A DNA stretch of 64,000 nucleotides from a virus (Duplodnaviria > Caudoviricetes): positions 145,975 to 209,974 of the IMG/VR virus record IMGVR_UViG_3300029288_004137. The stretch is one strand, 5' to 3'. Shown here in pieces: positions 29,336 to 41,000 of the stretch. The position numbers and the translations under genes were made by a program. The notes beneath the pieces are model-generated. The model made no database searches, was not told the origin of the DNA, and was given only the letters and a program-made list of their open reading frames with translations. The number at the start of each line of letters is the position of its first letter. The stretch's first letter is position 1.

Positions 29336-29362
29336 ACTACATTATTAATGACATATCCTAAA

Positions 29363-29370
29363 ATAAATAG
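29363..29370 (-). promoter_or_regulatory. Putative late promoter motif (CTATTTAT)
   Basis: Consensus copy in an intergenic gap. Confidence 0.5.
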
Positions 29371-29390
29371 TTAAAGTTAATATGTTTATT

Positions 29391-30476
29391 TTAATAATCT
29401 AAACGAACTCTTAAATTTAATTCTGTTGTCGGATCTTTCTTTAAAGGTTCTGACAATTTTGCTACTGCTAAAAGTTCATTTTGAGCAGAATATAATCCTA
29501 CTGTTGTAATATATGATACAGGAGCATCTCTTGAAATATTTTTAACCACCATTTTACTACCAGAAATATATGTAGGATTAGATGAATAGTTAAACTCATT
29601 TGATCTCAATCTACAAAAATAAATCGTAGAATTTAATTCAGTTGTATTATTAAAAGAAATATTATAAACTCTATGTAAAAATGCATCGCAATTAGATTCT
29701 ATTGATCTAGTAGTAAAATAACCAAGAACAGAATCAGTTGTATCCGCACTCATTGAACAAGGACAATATCCAGTATCAATAAATCCATCACCAGCAACAT
29801 TCATAAAAATAGAAGATGTCAAAAGAACAACTCCTGCTTGATAAAATACAAAACCACACTCTCTATCTGTATCAGTAGAATATTTTGATCCAGTTACATA
29901 AAGCAGTCCAAACTCTCCAGCAGGAGAATTTGTTCTATAGTTTGTATATCCATTTTTATCTGTAATATATGCTAAATCTGATGTTCCACTAAAAAATGGA
30001 TCGTCATGATCATCTCTAACACCTAATATTACTGAAACTGTCCCCTTCTTAATTTCATCTTTATAAAGCAATCTTGAAAAATTTAATGCATAGAAATCAC
30101 GCATTAATAACGCAGATGAAGGATCTGTGAAATTACCACTTGCTTCAAATTCACAAATATCCCCATCAGAATCATATCCAGCAAGCAACTGAGCATATTC
30201 ATTATAAATGTTTGTTTTCTTTGTATTAAATGTATCAGCAGTGTTAACATAAATAGAATTTACTGAATGCCCTACGGTCAAATCAAATAAATTATTTGCT
30301 GATGAACTCAAATATGGATAATCAAATACAGTTTTGAACATACCATGAGAATATGTTTTTACACTATCTGTATATGTTCCTGACACTAATGTTCCAGTTA
30401 CAGGAATTGATTCATGCAATAAAGTTGTACTTTTTGCAATATCATCATTAACAAAAGATTTAAAAGTTGTTGCCAT
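29391..30476 (-). CDS. Virion structural protein (tail/baseplate)
   Basis: EFNYSSNPTY..YITTVGLY..NELLAVAKLSEPLKK..RVRLDY. Confidence 0.6.
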   Translation of the reverse strand: MATTFKSFVNDDIAKSTTLLHESIPVTGTLVSGTYTDSVKTYSHGMFKTVFDYPYLSSSANNLFDLTVGHSVNSIYVNTADTFNTKKTNIYNEYAQLLAGYDSDGDICEFEASGNFTDPSSALLMRDFYALNFSRLLYKDEIKKGTVSVILGVRDDHDDPFFSGTSDLAYITDKNGYTNYRTNSPAGEFGLLYVTGSKYSTDTDRECGFVFYQAGVVLLTSSIFMNVAGDGFIDTGYCPCSMSADTTDSVLGYFTTRSIESNCDAFLHRVYNISFNNTTELNSTIYFCRLRSNEFNYSSNPTYISGSKMVVKNISRDAPVSYITTVGLYSAQNELLAVAKLSEPLKKDPTTELNLRVRLDY

Positions 30477-30495
30477 CTCTGCTCCTTACTTAATA

Positions 30496-31401
30496 TTAAA
30501 CTATTTTCATAAAATAAACTGGTACATCAGTTGAATATCCTGTTGTTCCGCCTGTTATCCGAACCGTAGTAGGAATTACATATACTGTAGATCCTTCAAA
30601 CGTGATTTGATATCCTAAAGTCGTAAACAAATAATCTGAATTTGTTAAATCTAAAGAAGATTTGATTGTAAATTCTAAAATAGTTCCTCTTGGCCCTGAA
30701 ATAATCTCTGTGTTTGCTAATAATGCTGTTTTTGTATTTTTGCTTACAAGTTTTGTATGAACACCTAATGAAAAGAAATATGAAGCTACTTCATCATCAT
30801 CAATATAAGAATAATCAGCAACTACACCATCTTTACTTGCTATAGATCCCAAACGACTATCCATCTCAAGAATATATTGAGTTTCTAACAAATCTGCATC
30901 TAATGTATAATCAGGTGGTATTTCTGTTGTATTTAATCCTTGATCAAGTCTTATATAATTTCCACCAGACTTTAAATCATATCCTACAATACCACCTTTC
31001 TTTTCTGTAGCAGTAGAAACACTATCATATGTATCTTTATCTACCATAACATAAAAACCGTTTAATCCTGCATTTTTTTCACAACTTCCAGCAAAAATAG
31101 TATTAAGTTGAATAACTGGTAAATACAAAAGATTTGTTCTTGGTATAGACATTAACTTACTCTTTAAAGAAGACATGTTATTTGTAAAAGCTTCAAATAC
31201 AGGTGTTTGCAGAATAGATAAATCATAATATGCAGATCCACTTGAATTTGTTTTATCATACAAACCATAATTTATTTCATCATCACCTAAAGCAAATTTA
31301 GCGATTTTAAAAGAACCATCTCCTTTCGCAAGTCTCATCCTTCCTGTATCTGTTAATACAGCATCAAGAATAATATCACCACTATTATCTAAAAATCCCA
31401 T
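30496..31401 (-). CDS. Virion structural protein (tail/baseplate)
   Basis: MGFLDN..ILDAVLTDTGR..LAKG..FKIAKFALGDDEINY; GGAGG RBS. Confidence 0.6.
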   Translation of the reverse strand: MGFLDNSGDIILDAVLTDTGRMRLAKGDGSFKIAKFALGDDEINYGLYDKTNSSGSAYYDLSILQTPVFEAFTNNMSSLKSKLMSIPRTNLLYLPVIQLNTIFAGSCEKNAGLNGFYVMVDKDTYDSVSTATEKKGGIVGYDLKSGGNYIRLDQGLNTTEIPPDYTLDADLLETQYILEMDSRLGSIASKDGVVADYSYIDDDEVASYFFSLGVHTKLVSKNTKTALLANTEIISGPRGTILEFTIKSSLDLTNSDYLFTTLGYQITFEGSTVYVIPTTVRITGGTTGYSTDVPVYFMKIV

Positions 31402-31429
31402 TAGAAGCCTCCGTTTACAAATTTCTAAT

Positions 31430-31437
31430 ATAAATAG
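31430..31437 (-). promoter_or_regulatory. Putative late promoter motif (CTATTTAT)
   Basis: Consensus copy in an intergenic gap. Confidence 0.5.
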
Positions 31438-31456
31438 TCTTTTAAAAATTAATTTG

Positions 31457-34318
31457 TTATTTCTTCAAAGTTTCATTATTAAATGATTTATCAACACCAA
31501 AATCAAATTCTAATACTTTCCCTGTTTTTTTAGATGTAATTCTGATTTTAAAATCTTGCCCAAAAACCGATTTATCTTGCCTACCAAGTTTAACTTCTAC
31601 TTCATCTTTAACAGTTTCCTTATCAACTTCATTAATAAAAGTTTGTTCAAAAGAAGGAACTATTTGTAAATATCTCCTAAAAGATTTAGATAAAACCTTG
31701 TTTTTTTCAGAATCAAAATCTACTACTTTAATTCTAGGCAAAACTATTCCTTCTTGTTTAAAAATTTCAACTTCATATACTGGAGATGGATTAGAATAAT
31801 TTTCGTGCTCATCTTTTACTCTAAAAATATAATAATATTTTTTATTTGGTTCTATTGTATCTTCTGTTGATACAGAAGAACATTTTGTACCATTTATTAT
31901 AGAACTTAATGTTATATATTTCTTGTCAATAAAATCAAAATAACTCTTAGGTTTCTCATCTAATCTAAAGATTTCATATAAAATAGGTATATCGTCACTT
32001 GCATAAATTAATTTATCTTCTGTTTTTCTTTTTTGAGATTTTGCTATCTTTGAAATAAATTCTAAATCTTTAGGATCTGATGTCAAAATAATTGGGTATT
32101 GCTCTATTTGCCCAACATTATTAGATAAATTGATTAATACTTTATTATCTACTTTTCCATAAGGAACAATTTCAATATTTGGAGAAATAGGAGGAAAATC
32201 AAACATATAATTTTCTTCCTCAAAATAAGGAACTTCAATTATCCTAAATGCAGGTTTATGCTTTACTAAAACTTTTATATTACTTGTTTCTTCATCGAAA
32301 ATACTTTTTTCATATGAATATGAAGTGCCCATTACCATTTGATATGCAAACACTTTATAAGAATATTTTTTTCCATATTTAACTTGTGTATCAATATATT
32401 CAAAAACATCCAATTCACTACAATTTGGAACATAAATATTTTGGTGTTTAACACCATTAACACTCTTTTCAATACGATATAATATTGTTTCCGAATACGC
32501 TGTTTTTCCTTCTAACATTTCTCTGAAAGTTCTATAATATTTTCTGGTGTAATCTTTTAACTTCCCAAAAAAAATCATAGTCATAAAACTTTTATATAAA
32601 TTAAACTCTTCTCCTCTACCTACCGATTCTTTATTTTCTTCTACAGTATTTAAAAATATTCCTTCATCAAACTCAATATTAACATCTAATGAAACATCTC
32701 CTGTCGAAATTAAATTATTCATCCAAGTTTCTAATGAAAAAACTCTATATTTTCCTTTAGAAACAGAAGAAGAAAACTTTTCATTAGTTTCACTGCAAAC
32801 AATTCCAGTAGAAATATCATACATATCTATATCGGGATTAGTCTTATCAATTTGATTGATTAAATAAAAAGACAAAGAATCAGACAGACCAGATTCTTTG
32901 AATAAATCAGAAAAAATAGTAGATTTGTCTGTTGTAAACTTAACTTTCATATTCATTGGAAATAAAGAAGAAAATTCATTTTTTCCAATTAATTTAATTA
33001 TATTTTTTGAAGAAAATACAATTGTCTTATACCCATCAGTTATATCAGAATCTTTTACCTTGTTTGAAAAAAGATCACAATATTTCTCTGGTATTTCTTT
33101 TTTTTCTTCGTTTGAAAGCAAATAAGTATAAAAATTTGGTAAAGAATATTCTTCTACTTCTTGACTAGCAATTGCTTTTTCATAACTTTCATGATAATAA
33201 TTATAACACGTTTCTGCATCTGCTATTCTATGAGAATAAGATTCATAACAACTTAAATCATCTGTTGTGTATGGTATTGGGATATTCATAGAATAATTAA
33301 AATATTCTTTTTCTCTGGTTAACCAAAGCATTGTAGCATCTAAAACCCATAACTCTTGACTAAAAATAGATGAATTAACACCTCCTTGTAAAGAATATTT
33401 CTCCTTAATAGGTTTTAATAATATTGCTTCTTCAGTTAAATCTTTATCAATAAGAGAAGTTTGATTAGAATTATTAACTAAACTTTCAGAAACAATCTCA
33501 TATGGAATATCAAAATATATTTCAATCTTTCTTAAAGCATCTAAATCATTGTTTGATGATAAAAGACAATAATCTTTTTCAACTTTTGTCCAATAATATC
33601 CAGACAATCTCCTTATATAATCTTTTATTTCTTCTTTACCCGTTTGAGAATATACTTCATCTAATTTATCAAAATAATCATATCTCGTTATAAACTTTGA
33701 CTTATCACAAAAAATAGAATAAGAAGTCGGTCTTTCCCAACTTTCTTTTTTTTCTATTTTTCCTACAGACATCATTGGTGGAAAAACAGATTTTTTTGCT
33801 TCTTTGGCAACTTCCATAAATTGAGTATCATCAAACTTTTTAGATTGATCTTCTATAAGTTTATCCATAGAAACAATATTATCATTAACTATTTCTTCTG
33901 TATATTGTTGTCCAGTATTAAAAGCAACACCTTGCTGAACATTCTGATTTGGCAAACCAGGCACACCATCAAATTTTTGTATCTCTTTACCTGGATTCCA
34001 ATATTTGTCTGTTTTTACTTCAGAATTTGTTAATTTTTCATCTGTTTTCTCAAGAATCTTTAATTCTGCTTTTGCAGTTGCTTTTGCTTTTTCTTGATCA
34101 TTCTTAATTTTTGATTGTTCCGCTTTTAATTTTTCTTGATCGTTCTGATTCTTTTTTGTATTTGTATTTGATAAAGGTACATAAGCATCATATTTAACTT
34201 TACTAAGTTTATGCGCAATCTTTGCATGATCATACATTGCATCTATACTTTTTAATTCTTTTGAACATACTTTACATTTATAAACAGGAAGAGATCCTGG
34301 TTTTTTACCTTTATCCAT
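31457..34318 (-). CDS. Large hypothetical virion protein: N-terminal C2H2 finger, C-terminal FN3-like beta domains
   Basis: CKVC..HAKIAH; YIDTQVKYGKKYSYKV; DTIEPNKKYYYIFR..SNPS. Confidence 0.55.
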   Translation of the reverse strand: MDKGKKPGSLPVYKCKVCSKELKSIDAMYDHAKIAHKLSKVKYDAYVPLSNTNTKKNQNDQEKLKAEQSKIKNDQEKAKATAKAELKILEKTDEKLTNSEVKTDKYWNPGKEIQKFDGVPGLPNQNVQQGVAFNTGQQYTEEIVNDNIVSMDKLIEDQSKKFDDTQFMEVAKEAKKSVFPPMMSVGKIEKKESWERPTSYSIFCDKSKFITRYDYFDKLDEVYSQTGKEEIKDYIRRLSGYYWTKVEKDYCLLSSNNDLDALRKIEIYFDIPYEIVSESLVNNSNQTSLIDKDLTEEAILLKPIKEKYSLQGGVNSSIFSQELWVLDATMLWLTREKEYFNYSMNIPIPYTTDDLSCYESYSHRIADAETCYNYYHESYEKAIASQEVEEYSLPNFYTYLLSNEEKKEIPEKYCDLFSNKVKDSDITDGYKTIVFSSKNIIKLIGKNEFSSLFPMNMKVKFTTDKSTIFSDLFKESGLSDSLSFYLINQIDKTNPDIDMYDISTGIVCSETNEKFSSSVSKGKYRVFSLETWMNNLISTGDVSLDVNIEFDEGIFLNTVEENKESVGRGEEFNLYKSFMTMIFFGKLKDYTRKYYRTFREMLEGKTAYSETILYRIEKSVNGVKHQNIYVPNCSELDVFEYIDTQVKYGKKYSYKVFAYQMVMGTSYSYEKSIFDEETSNIKVLVKHKPAFRIIEVPYFEEENYMFDFPPISPNIEIVPYGKVDNKVLINLSNNVGQIEQYPIILTSDPKDLEFISKIAKSQKRKTEDKLIYASDDIPILYEIFRLDEKPKSYFDFIDKKYITLSSIINGTKCSSVSTEDTIEPNKKYYYIFRVKDEHENYSNPSPVYEVEIFKQEGIVLPRIKVVDFDSEKNKVLSKSFRRYLQIVPSFEQTFINEVDKETVKDEVEVKLGRQDKSVFGQDFKIRITSKKTGKVLEFDFGVDKSFNNETLKK

Positions 34319-35277
34319 TATTTATCCTCTATCTTTTTTTCAATAGAATCATCTAAACTTATTGTAAACACAGAACCTAAATTCGTTGAAGGTCTTAAAG
34401 AATCACTTGAATCTTGAAACAATTCAGGATCTTTAACTTGATCTAATTTTGCAATTATTTCTCCTCCAAGAGATTTATAAGATTCTAAACGCTCAATCGT
34501 CAAAGATTCCCAAATAGGTCTTTTCATATTTACATTTCCCAACCCATCTTTTTCAAATCCAGATAACATTTTAACATTCATCATGTTTTCTTTCTTTATT
34601 GTTGACCCATCTGAAATCAATTCATTAACTTTTTCTGAACTTTTTTTCTTGTCATCTACTGTTTTATATGTTCCTTTTTTACTCAAAGAAATCCTAGATT
34701 TACCGTTTATTCTAAATCTTTTATCTGGTATTATTTTTTCTGAGAATCTCTTTATATTCTCATCAGAGATAGTACATCCTGTTTCTTTTCTATTATTTCT
34801 GTTCATAATTTCTTTAGCAGAATCTACGACATCACTTGTTTTAACTGTAGTTTCAGAATCTTCAGCAGACAAAGAGTCTTGTGTATAAATAACATTATCA
34901 GATCTAACTGCTTTTGATAATTTTCTAGTTTTCATTTTTATTGAAAATCCTAAAGATTTGTTAATACAGTCTAATTGCGCTATCACTTCTGTTGAATTTT
35001 CTCTCAAAAATTCTTCATTAATACCTGCTTTTTTCATAATGACTCTTGTGCTAAGTTCATCATTAACCTTTTTATTTTCTATATAAGATTCCTCTTTCTT
35101 TATAACACTTTCAGAATTACTACCTGTTTTAATCCTATCTGGTGTTAAAATTATTTCTGCATTATTATCTGTAATTCCCATTGCCTTAAATAACTTATTT
35201 ATAGTAGTTTTATCAAAAACTTCTACCGAAAGATCTTCGTCTTCGTTTATAGATGAATCTATCTGAGAATAAAACAT
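34318..35277 (-). CDS. Hypothetical protein
   Basis: ORF with GGAG RBS in the tail operon. Confidence 0.6.
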   Translation of the reverse strand: MFYSQIDSSINEDEDLSVEVFDKTTINKLFKAMGITDNNAEIILTPDRIKTGSNSESVIKKEESYIENKKVNDELSTRVIMKKAGINEEFLRENSTEVIAQLDCINKSLGFSIKMKTRKLSKAVRSDNVIYTQDSLSAEDSETTVKTSDVVDSAKEIMNRNNRKETGCTISDENIKRFSEKIIPDKRFRINGKSRISLSKKGTYKTVDDKKKSSEKVNELISDGSTIKKENMMNVKMLSGFEKDGLGNVNMKRPIWESLTIERLESYKSLGGEIIAKLDQVKDPELFQDSSDSLRPSTNLGSVFTISLDDSIEKKIEDK

Positions 35278-35286
35278 TAATTCTCC

Positions 35287-37068
35287 TTAAAATATATCAT
35301 AAATGTTTTCTACATTTTCTTCTAAATGATCCAAAACATATACGTCTTTATTAAACCACGCTTCACATCTTATTATACCCTTAAGAATATTTGAAGATTT
35401 GTTGTTGCTCATAGGTAAATATTCACCTGATCTTTCAGAACTCCCAGAATCATTATTAAATATAGTATTTGTTACATTCATATAAAAATTTCTCATAATA
35501 TTCAACGTTTTTTCAACACCTTCTATATTTCCAGTTTCAGGATCACTTATCTTTGATAATAAATCAAGTAGATAAGTTTGGTTATGATTAAATGAATTTT
35601 CTCCAAATAAACTAAAAATAGTTTGAAAAAAAGAATTAACATTTACAATCCACGGAGAATCGTGACCATATTTTTCTCTCGCATGTTCTGCAAATATTTT
35701 AGTAAAAGAATTAGTGTTTGAATCTATATATCCTGATGTTTTTTTTATTTTTATGTCTTTTTCAAATCCCATATCTATATGAGGATTCTGATAACCTTCT
35801 TGAATTGATGTAATTGGCATAGAATTAGCAAACTTATAATATTCTTCAAATTTAGTTAAATCTTTTTGCATAATTTCTATAAATCCATTTATAAATTTAA
35901 AAATTGGATCTTCTATAACTAACTTAACCCCATATTGATATATACCATTTTTATGATTTTTCATTTCTTTATCTTGTACTTTAAAAATACGAAACCTAGT
36001 ATCAGATAAAAAACCAACATTAGGATTATCTGCTTGATAAATACAACCAAATACTGAATGAACAATCTTTACTTTATTTGTTGTATTATCAGAAGCAGTT
36101 ATTATTAACGATAAAGGTGATTCGCTCGTATTTTTACTATTCCAATTTTCTAAATAAGGAGTATCACACTTGTTTAAAGAGTTTTTAACTTCAATTCTTC
36201 TTCTAAGAATCTCTATATAATAAATTTTTGTATTCTCTATTAAAGGTTTTAAAGTACTACCAGAAATTTCAAATAATTTGGGATATGCAGAGTTTTTTTG
36301 TAAAATCTGCTGCATATCTAATATAAAATCAAAAAGTATAAGTTCATTTACGTTTTTCGTTAAAGATATATCAGATGGAACAAAATCAGATTTCCATTTG
36401 TTTTTATATTTTTCTATAACTTCTGTATTGAAAGAACTAAAAAAATTTGTTTCCAAATTAATAAAATCTTTTGTTAAATTCATTGTATCTAAACTTTTTT
36501 CAACTTTTCTATAATCTTCAACACGACTATCAACTGGAGTTCCTTTGACGAGAACATCAAAAAAATAAATACTAGAATGAGATATAGGATTGTTAGAATC
36601 AAAAGCAAACCCAAATTCTTCTGTCATTGCCTTTAAATCAAATCTAACTACATAAAACAATGTAACATTCTGCTTTATACTAGGAACATCAAATTCTTTC
36701 AAGAAAGAAGTTCTATATATATTTTTGCCATCTTTTCTGTCTAAAACAAAATTTAATATATTTGAATTAATATCCAAACTTATAATTTTAATATTTGAAT
36801 TTTCTTTTTCTAATTTAAGAATCGCACTAGGATCTTTTTTAAAAATATCCATCCCATCTGTATATTGATTGAACAATACCAATTTCAAATATTTAAATAT
36901 CTTTTCATTACCAATAAAATTTGCAATTGTATTAGTTGTAAACTGTTCTTCTATTGAAATAAGATATTGAATCTTTGATGTCACACCATCACTATATATC
37001 GATACTCTATCAATAGAGACTGATGGGAAAAATGAATCTATAATTTGTTGCTGTGTCATTTTTTCCAT
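35287..37068 (-). CDS. Hypothetical virion protein
   Basis: Long ORF in the tail operon; GIYQYGVKL.IEDP; ATG at 37068. Confidence 0.55.
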   Translation of the reverse strand: MEKMTQQQIIDSFFPSVSIDRVSIYSDGVTSKIQYLISIEEQFTTNTIANFIGNEKIFKYLKLVLFNQYTDGMDIFKKDPSAILKLEKENSNIKIISLDINSNILNFVLDRKDGKNIYRTSFLKEFDVPSIKQNVTLFYVVRFDLKAMTEEFGFAFDSNNPISHSSIYFFDVLVKGTPVDSRVEDYRKVEKSLDTMNLTKDFINLETNFFSSFNTEVIEKYKNKWKSDFVPSDISLTKNVNELILFDFILDMQQILQKNSAYPKLFEISGSTLKPLIENTKIYYIEILRRRIEVKNSLNKCDTPYLENWNSKNTSESPLSLIITASDNTTNKVKIVHSVFGCIYQADNPNVGFLSDTRFRIFKVQDKEMKNHKNGIYQYGVKLVIEDPIFKFINGFIEIMQKDLTKFEEYYKFANSMPITSIQEGYQNPHIDMGFEKDIKIKKTSGYIDSNTNSFTKIFAEHAREKYGHDSPWIVNVNSFFQTIFSLFGENSFNHNQTYLLDLLSKISDPETGNIEGVEKTLNIMRNFYMNVTNTIFNNDSGSSERSGEYLPMSNNKSSNILKGIIRCEAWFNKDVYVLDHLEENVENIYDIF

Positions 37069-38018
37069 TAACAAACATCTCCAAATGTTTTATCACTTTG
37101 AACAACTTTATATTTGTTATTTTGTTGTTCTTTGATAGTTGATAATAAAATATCCGAATCAACTTCTCTATCTACATACAAATCAAAATAATAATCTATG
37201 TTTTCTTCATCTAAATTTTCTTTAATAATAAAACTATTTTCTGTATCCTTCTTAAAATATAAAGGAATTAATTCTTCTTTCTCTACATTATTAACTACTG
37301 TTAATTCTTTCCTAAAAACTTCTATATCAAAATTATCACTATCAAATGAAACATTTTTTTCTTGTATATCTAAAAGAATAAAATCACTTTCTATTTCTAA
37401 AAATGTTCCATCCTTATATGTCTTTGATCTTGCTGATGAATCATTTGATTCTACATCTAAATCATCAGTCCATATTTCTTTTTCAGATCTTTCTTTTATA
37501 GATCCATATCCTTCTTTAACATACGTTCTATAAATTATATCTTCCATTGTTATCTGAGGTTTCTTTAAACAGAAATTTGTATATTGAGAAGATGTTTGAA
37601 CTGAACTTATTTTTCCCTTCCTTGCCAAAACTCTCCATGCAGGATAATACACATTTCCTAAATCTGAACTTCCTAGTGGTTTAGAAAGGAAATCCGTCAT
37701 TTCTACAGGTATTCTCTTAACTACATCATTCAATGTGCTATTACTACTAAGCATTTGTTGTGTAGCTTTTCTTATTCTATCTTCAGAACTTTCAAAATCA
37801 TATAAAGATTTTATTCTTATAGTTTCATCAAAAATTCTATCTTCGATATCATTCTGAAGTTCTACAGAAGAACCAGACAAATATCTAATGTCATAAATTA
37901 TATCATCATCAAAAAAACTATAATATGACGGTTTAAACAACCCTTGAGAAATAAGATGCTTACCATAAGGTGTTAATTGAAAATCAATAACTTCTTCTTT
38001 ATTATCAAACAAAGGCAT
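37068..38018 (-). CDS. Virion structural protein; N-terminus related to 30496-31401
   Basis: FDNKEEVIDFQLTPYGK.LISQG.FK..YYSFFDDDIIYD. Confidence 0.55.
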   Translation of the reverse strand: MPLFDNKEEVIDFQLTPYGKHLISQGLFKPSYYSFFDDDIIYDIRYLSGSSVELQNDIEDRIFDETIRIKSLYDFESSEDRIRKATQQMLSSNSTLNDVVKRIPVEMTDFLSKPLGSSDLGNVYYPAWRVLARKGKISSVQTSSQYTNFCLKKPQITMEDIIYRTYVKEGYGSIKERSEKEIWTDDLDVESNDSSARSKTYKDGTFLEIESDFILLDIQEKNVSFDSDNFDIEVFRKELTVVNNVEKEELIPLYFKKDTENSFIIKENLDEENIDYYFDLYVDREVDSDILLSTIKEQQNNKYKVVQSDKTFGDVC

Positions 38019-38021
38019 ACA

Positions 38022-41000
38022 TTATTCCTCTTCTATATCAAAATCATATTCTTTATTCATATATACCTTCTGATTTTCATCTGGTTTTTTATCAATTATC
38101 AATTGCCCATCAATTTTTACTGATTCAACTAAAGAACAAAAATCATAAGGCCAATTATAATTATATTCCAATGTTGAAAAATCTTGCATATTTTTAAATT
38201 TAAATTTAAAACGATTATCATCAAAAGAATCTGCTGTAACTTCATAATAACTCTTCAAAGCTTTTTGCTTTACTTTAAAGATTAACCATCTTAAATCTTT
38301 AGGTAATTTCTTACCATGAAAAAACTCTTTTTTAGACAAAGGATGAGTTATAACATACTCATCTTTTTGTGCAACTTTTGCAATATTAGGCATTTGTCCT
38401 TGCCAAATATTTTTCAAATCATTTTTACTAAAAACATGATGAAAATCAAAAACATACATAACAAAAGGAACAATATCATGATATCTAATAAAATCTAATT
38501 CAGGAGGGAAATTGAATAAACTCATTTTAGAAATTAAAGCAGATATAGATGTTGAAATATTTGTTTCACTTTTTGCTTTATTAAATTCTTCTTTATCTAT
38601 TTTAATAAAATGTTTCCCTACAATCTCTGTTGTTTCTACATATCCAGGTTCATTAAATGAATAATCTAAAAATGGTACTAAAACAACCGCTTCCGACATT
38701 ATCGTGTTCTCTGCTAATTTACCTACTTGCTCTTGTTTCTTTTCAAACCCAACTAAATCAATTAAACTCTTATAAAGAATTTCATTCTCAGTTTTAATAT
38801 TTAAATCTTTTATAGATAAAAAGATACCTTCTTTATTATTAGGAATTTGTCCATATCCACCCCACATACCAACACCATTAACAACTTTAATAGTTTCCCC
38901 ATTAATATAAGCAGATTCAAACCCCTCATTGTCTTCATTGTTAAAATTTAAAACAGGACATTCTGCTTTCAAATAAATTGCCCATCTATCATTCTCGTTT
39001 GATGTTGTATCTTTTATAGCAACAGGACCACCATTATCATTGTATTCTACTTCTTTTTGTCTTACCAACCCCTTAAAATTAACAGAAGCCGATAAAGACA
39101 TTTTTTCTAAATATGCTAATGTGGTTAAATAATTGTTTGGATTCGGTGTAGCATCTGGATATGCTGAATAATAAGTTTTAAAATTAGTTTCTTGTTCTCT
39201 ATTCATTTCAACAAATTGTAATTCAGAAAATATTTCACTTAATGTATATTTTTTATTTTCTTTTGCTTGAAAAAAGAAAGCAATTTCAGAAGTACCATAA
39301 AAATATGGAGGACAATAAGGCGCATACATCGGGTCCGTATTGATTTGAACTGGTGAAGGACTACTAGAAGAATATGCAAATTTACAAGGAGGACCAAAAT
39401 AAGAACCAGATGTACCAGAAATATAATTTTGAATAAACATATCAAAACCGTTTGTTTTTTTCAAATCAACCAAAGAAATATAATAAGTCCCCGATTCACA
39501 TACCTGAAACTCATTTTGCTTCTTAGATAAAAATGTTGTATATCCTCTTTTTTCTAAAAAGAAATTAGCAGTCTCAGCTAAAAAGTTATTAATAGCCATC
39601 GTATAAAGTGGTAAATTATGCCCTGTCCAAGTAAAATATGGATATTTATTAACATATTGAGATGTATTATGATGAAGATTAGTAGGATTTAAATAAAGTA
39701 TTTGACTTTTTTCATCATCATTCTCATGCAAGGATGAATCATAACTATTCCCTTTCTTTATCATATAATTTTCTGGATTTATTAAAGCTTCAAAAGGAAA
39801 TCTATGATTTGATCCACTTTCAAGTATATAAATATAATTTTGATTCTGCACGTCTGCATCTACTAAATAACTTTCTGTCAAATAACTTTGCATAGAATTA
39901 CTATCGGATGGAACTTCTGATCCTGTATAAAACATCCAATCAACCGCAACCCCAGATTTAATAAAATTATAAAAAATTCCAGGAGCAAAAAATGGTTGCA
40001 ATAATGATTGTTTTGTTAATGCTCTGTCCGAAGTAGATGATTGCCATGATCCACTCCCTTCAACATATGGAAAATAAGAATCATAAAACAACTTAACTAA
40101 TTGAATACTTCTATCCATTGGATAAAATCCATTATATGGTAAAAGTTTTTTAATAGCACTAACCTTTAAAGAAAAAATCTTTTCGCCATACCCTTTATAA
40201 TCTTCTTCCACTTTACTTAAATTTTTAAATAAATCAGAATGAGCATATAAATCAAAAAAATCTTCATCATAATTTATATAATCATCTGAACTACAAGAAA
40301 CTCTCGAAATAAATCCTCCACCTTTCACTTCTAAAAATTTTTTGTTATTTGTTCTAAAATTTCCACCATTGTTAATAATATAATATTCCATATGATTTGA
40401 AATATTAAACTCTGGTATTATACCATAATTTTGACCTATTGGTTTTGTATCAGATGAATAATCTGAATAACTGTCATACCATTTTTTTTCACCAGAAATT
40501 AAATCTGTAAAATATGTTATTCCAAGATCCACCCATGAATATCCAGACATCTTATTTAAATTATGTGAATAACAATACAAAGGTCCAGCCATACAATCTA
40601 CTGAAGCAGCACCAATCACATCATACATATACCACGTATCGAATAAAAATCCTAAATCTCCACGAACAAATCCTAAATTATCATAGTCATATGTTGTATC
40701 CATAGAATTAAATGAATTATTAAAACCTCCCCACCCTGGCATCTGCCAAACATAACTTGCAGTAGCACATTCATCAATACAAGTTAATGAATCTTCTGGT
40801 CTCTTCCTTTCAACAAGTTCATCTCTCCAAATCGTTCTTAATAATGCAGAATTAATACTTTTTTCACCTGTTTCTGTTGTTTCCCCATAATATATTCTAT
40901 CTCTATTATACCAAGAACCTACATGTATATGTTTTGGATATATTGTTTCAATATAAGAAATATAATCAAATTCAAATTCATCTGTTTCGTCTTTTACTTT

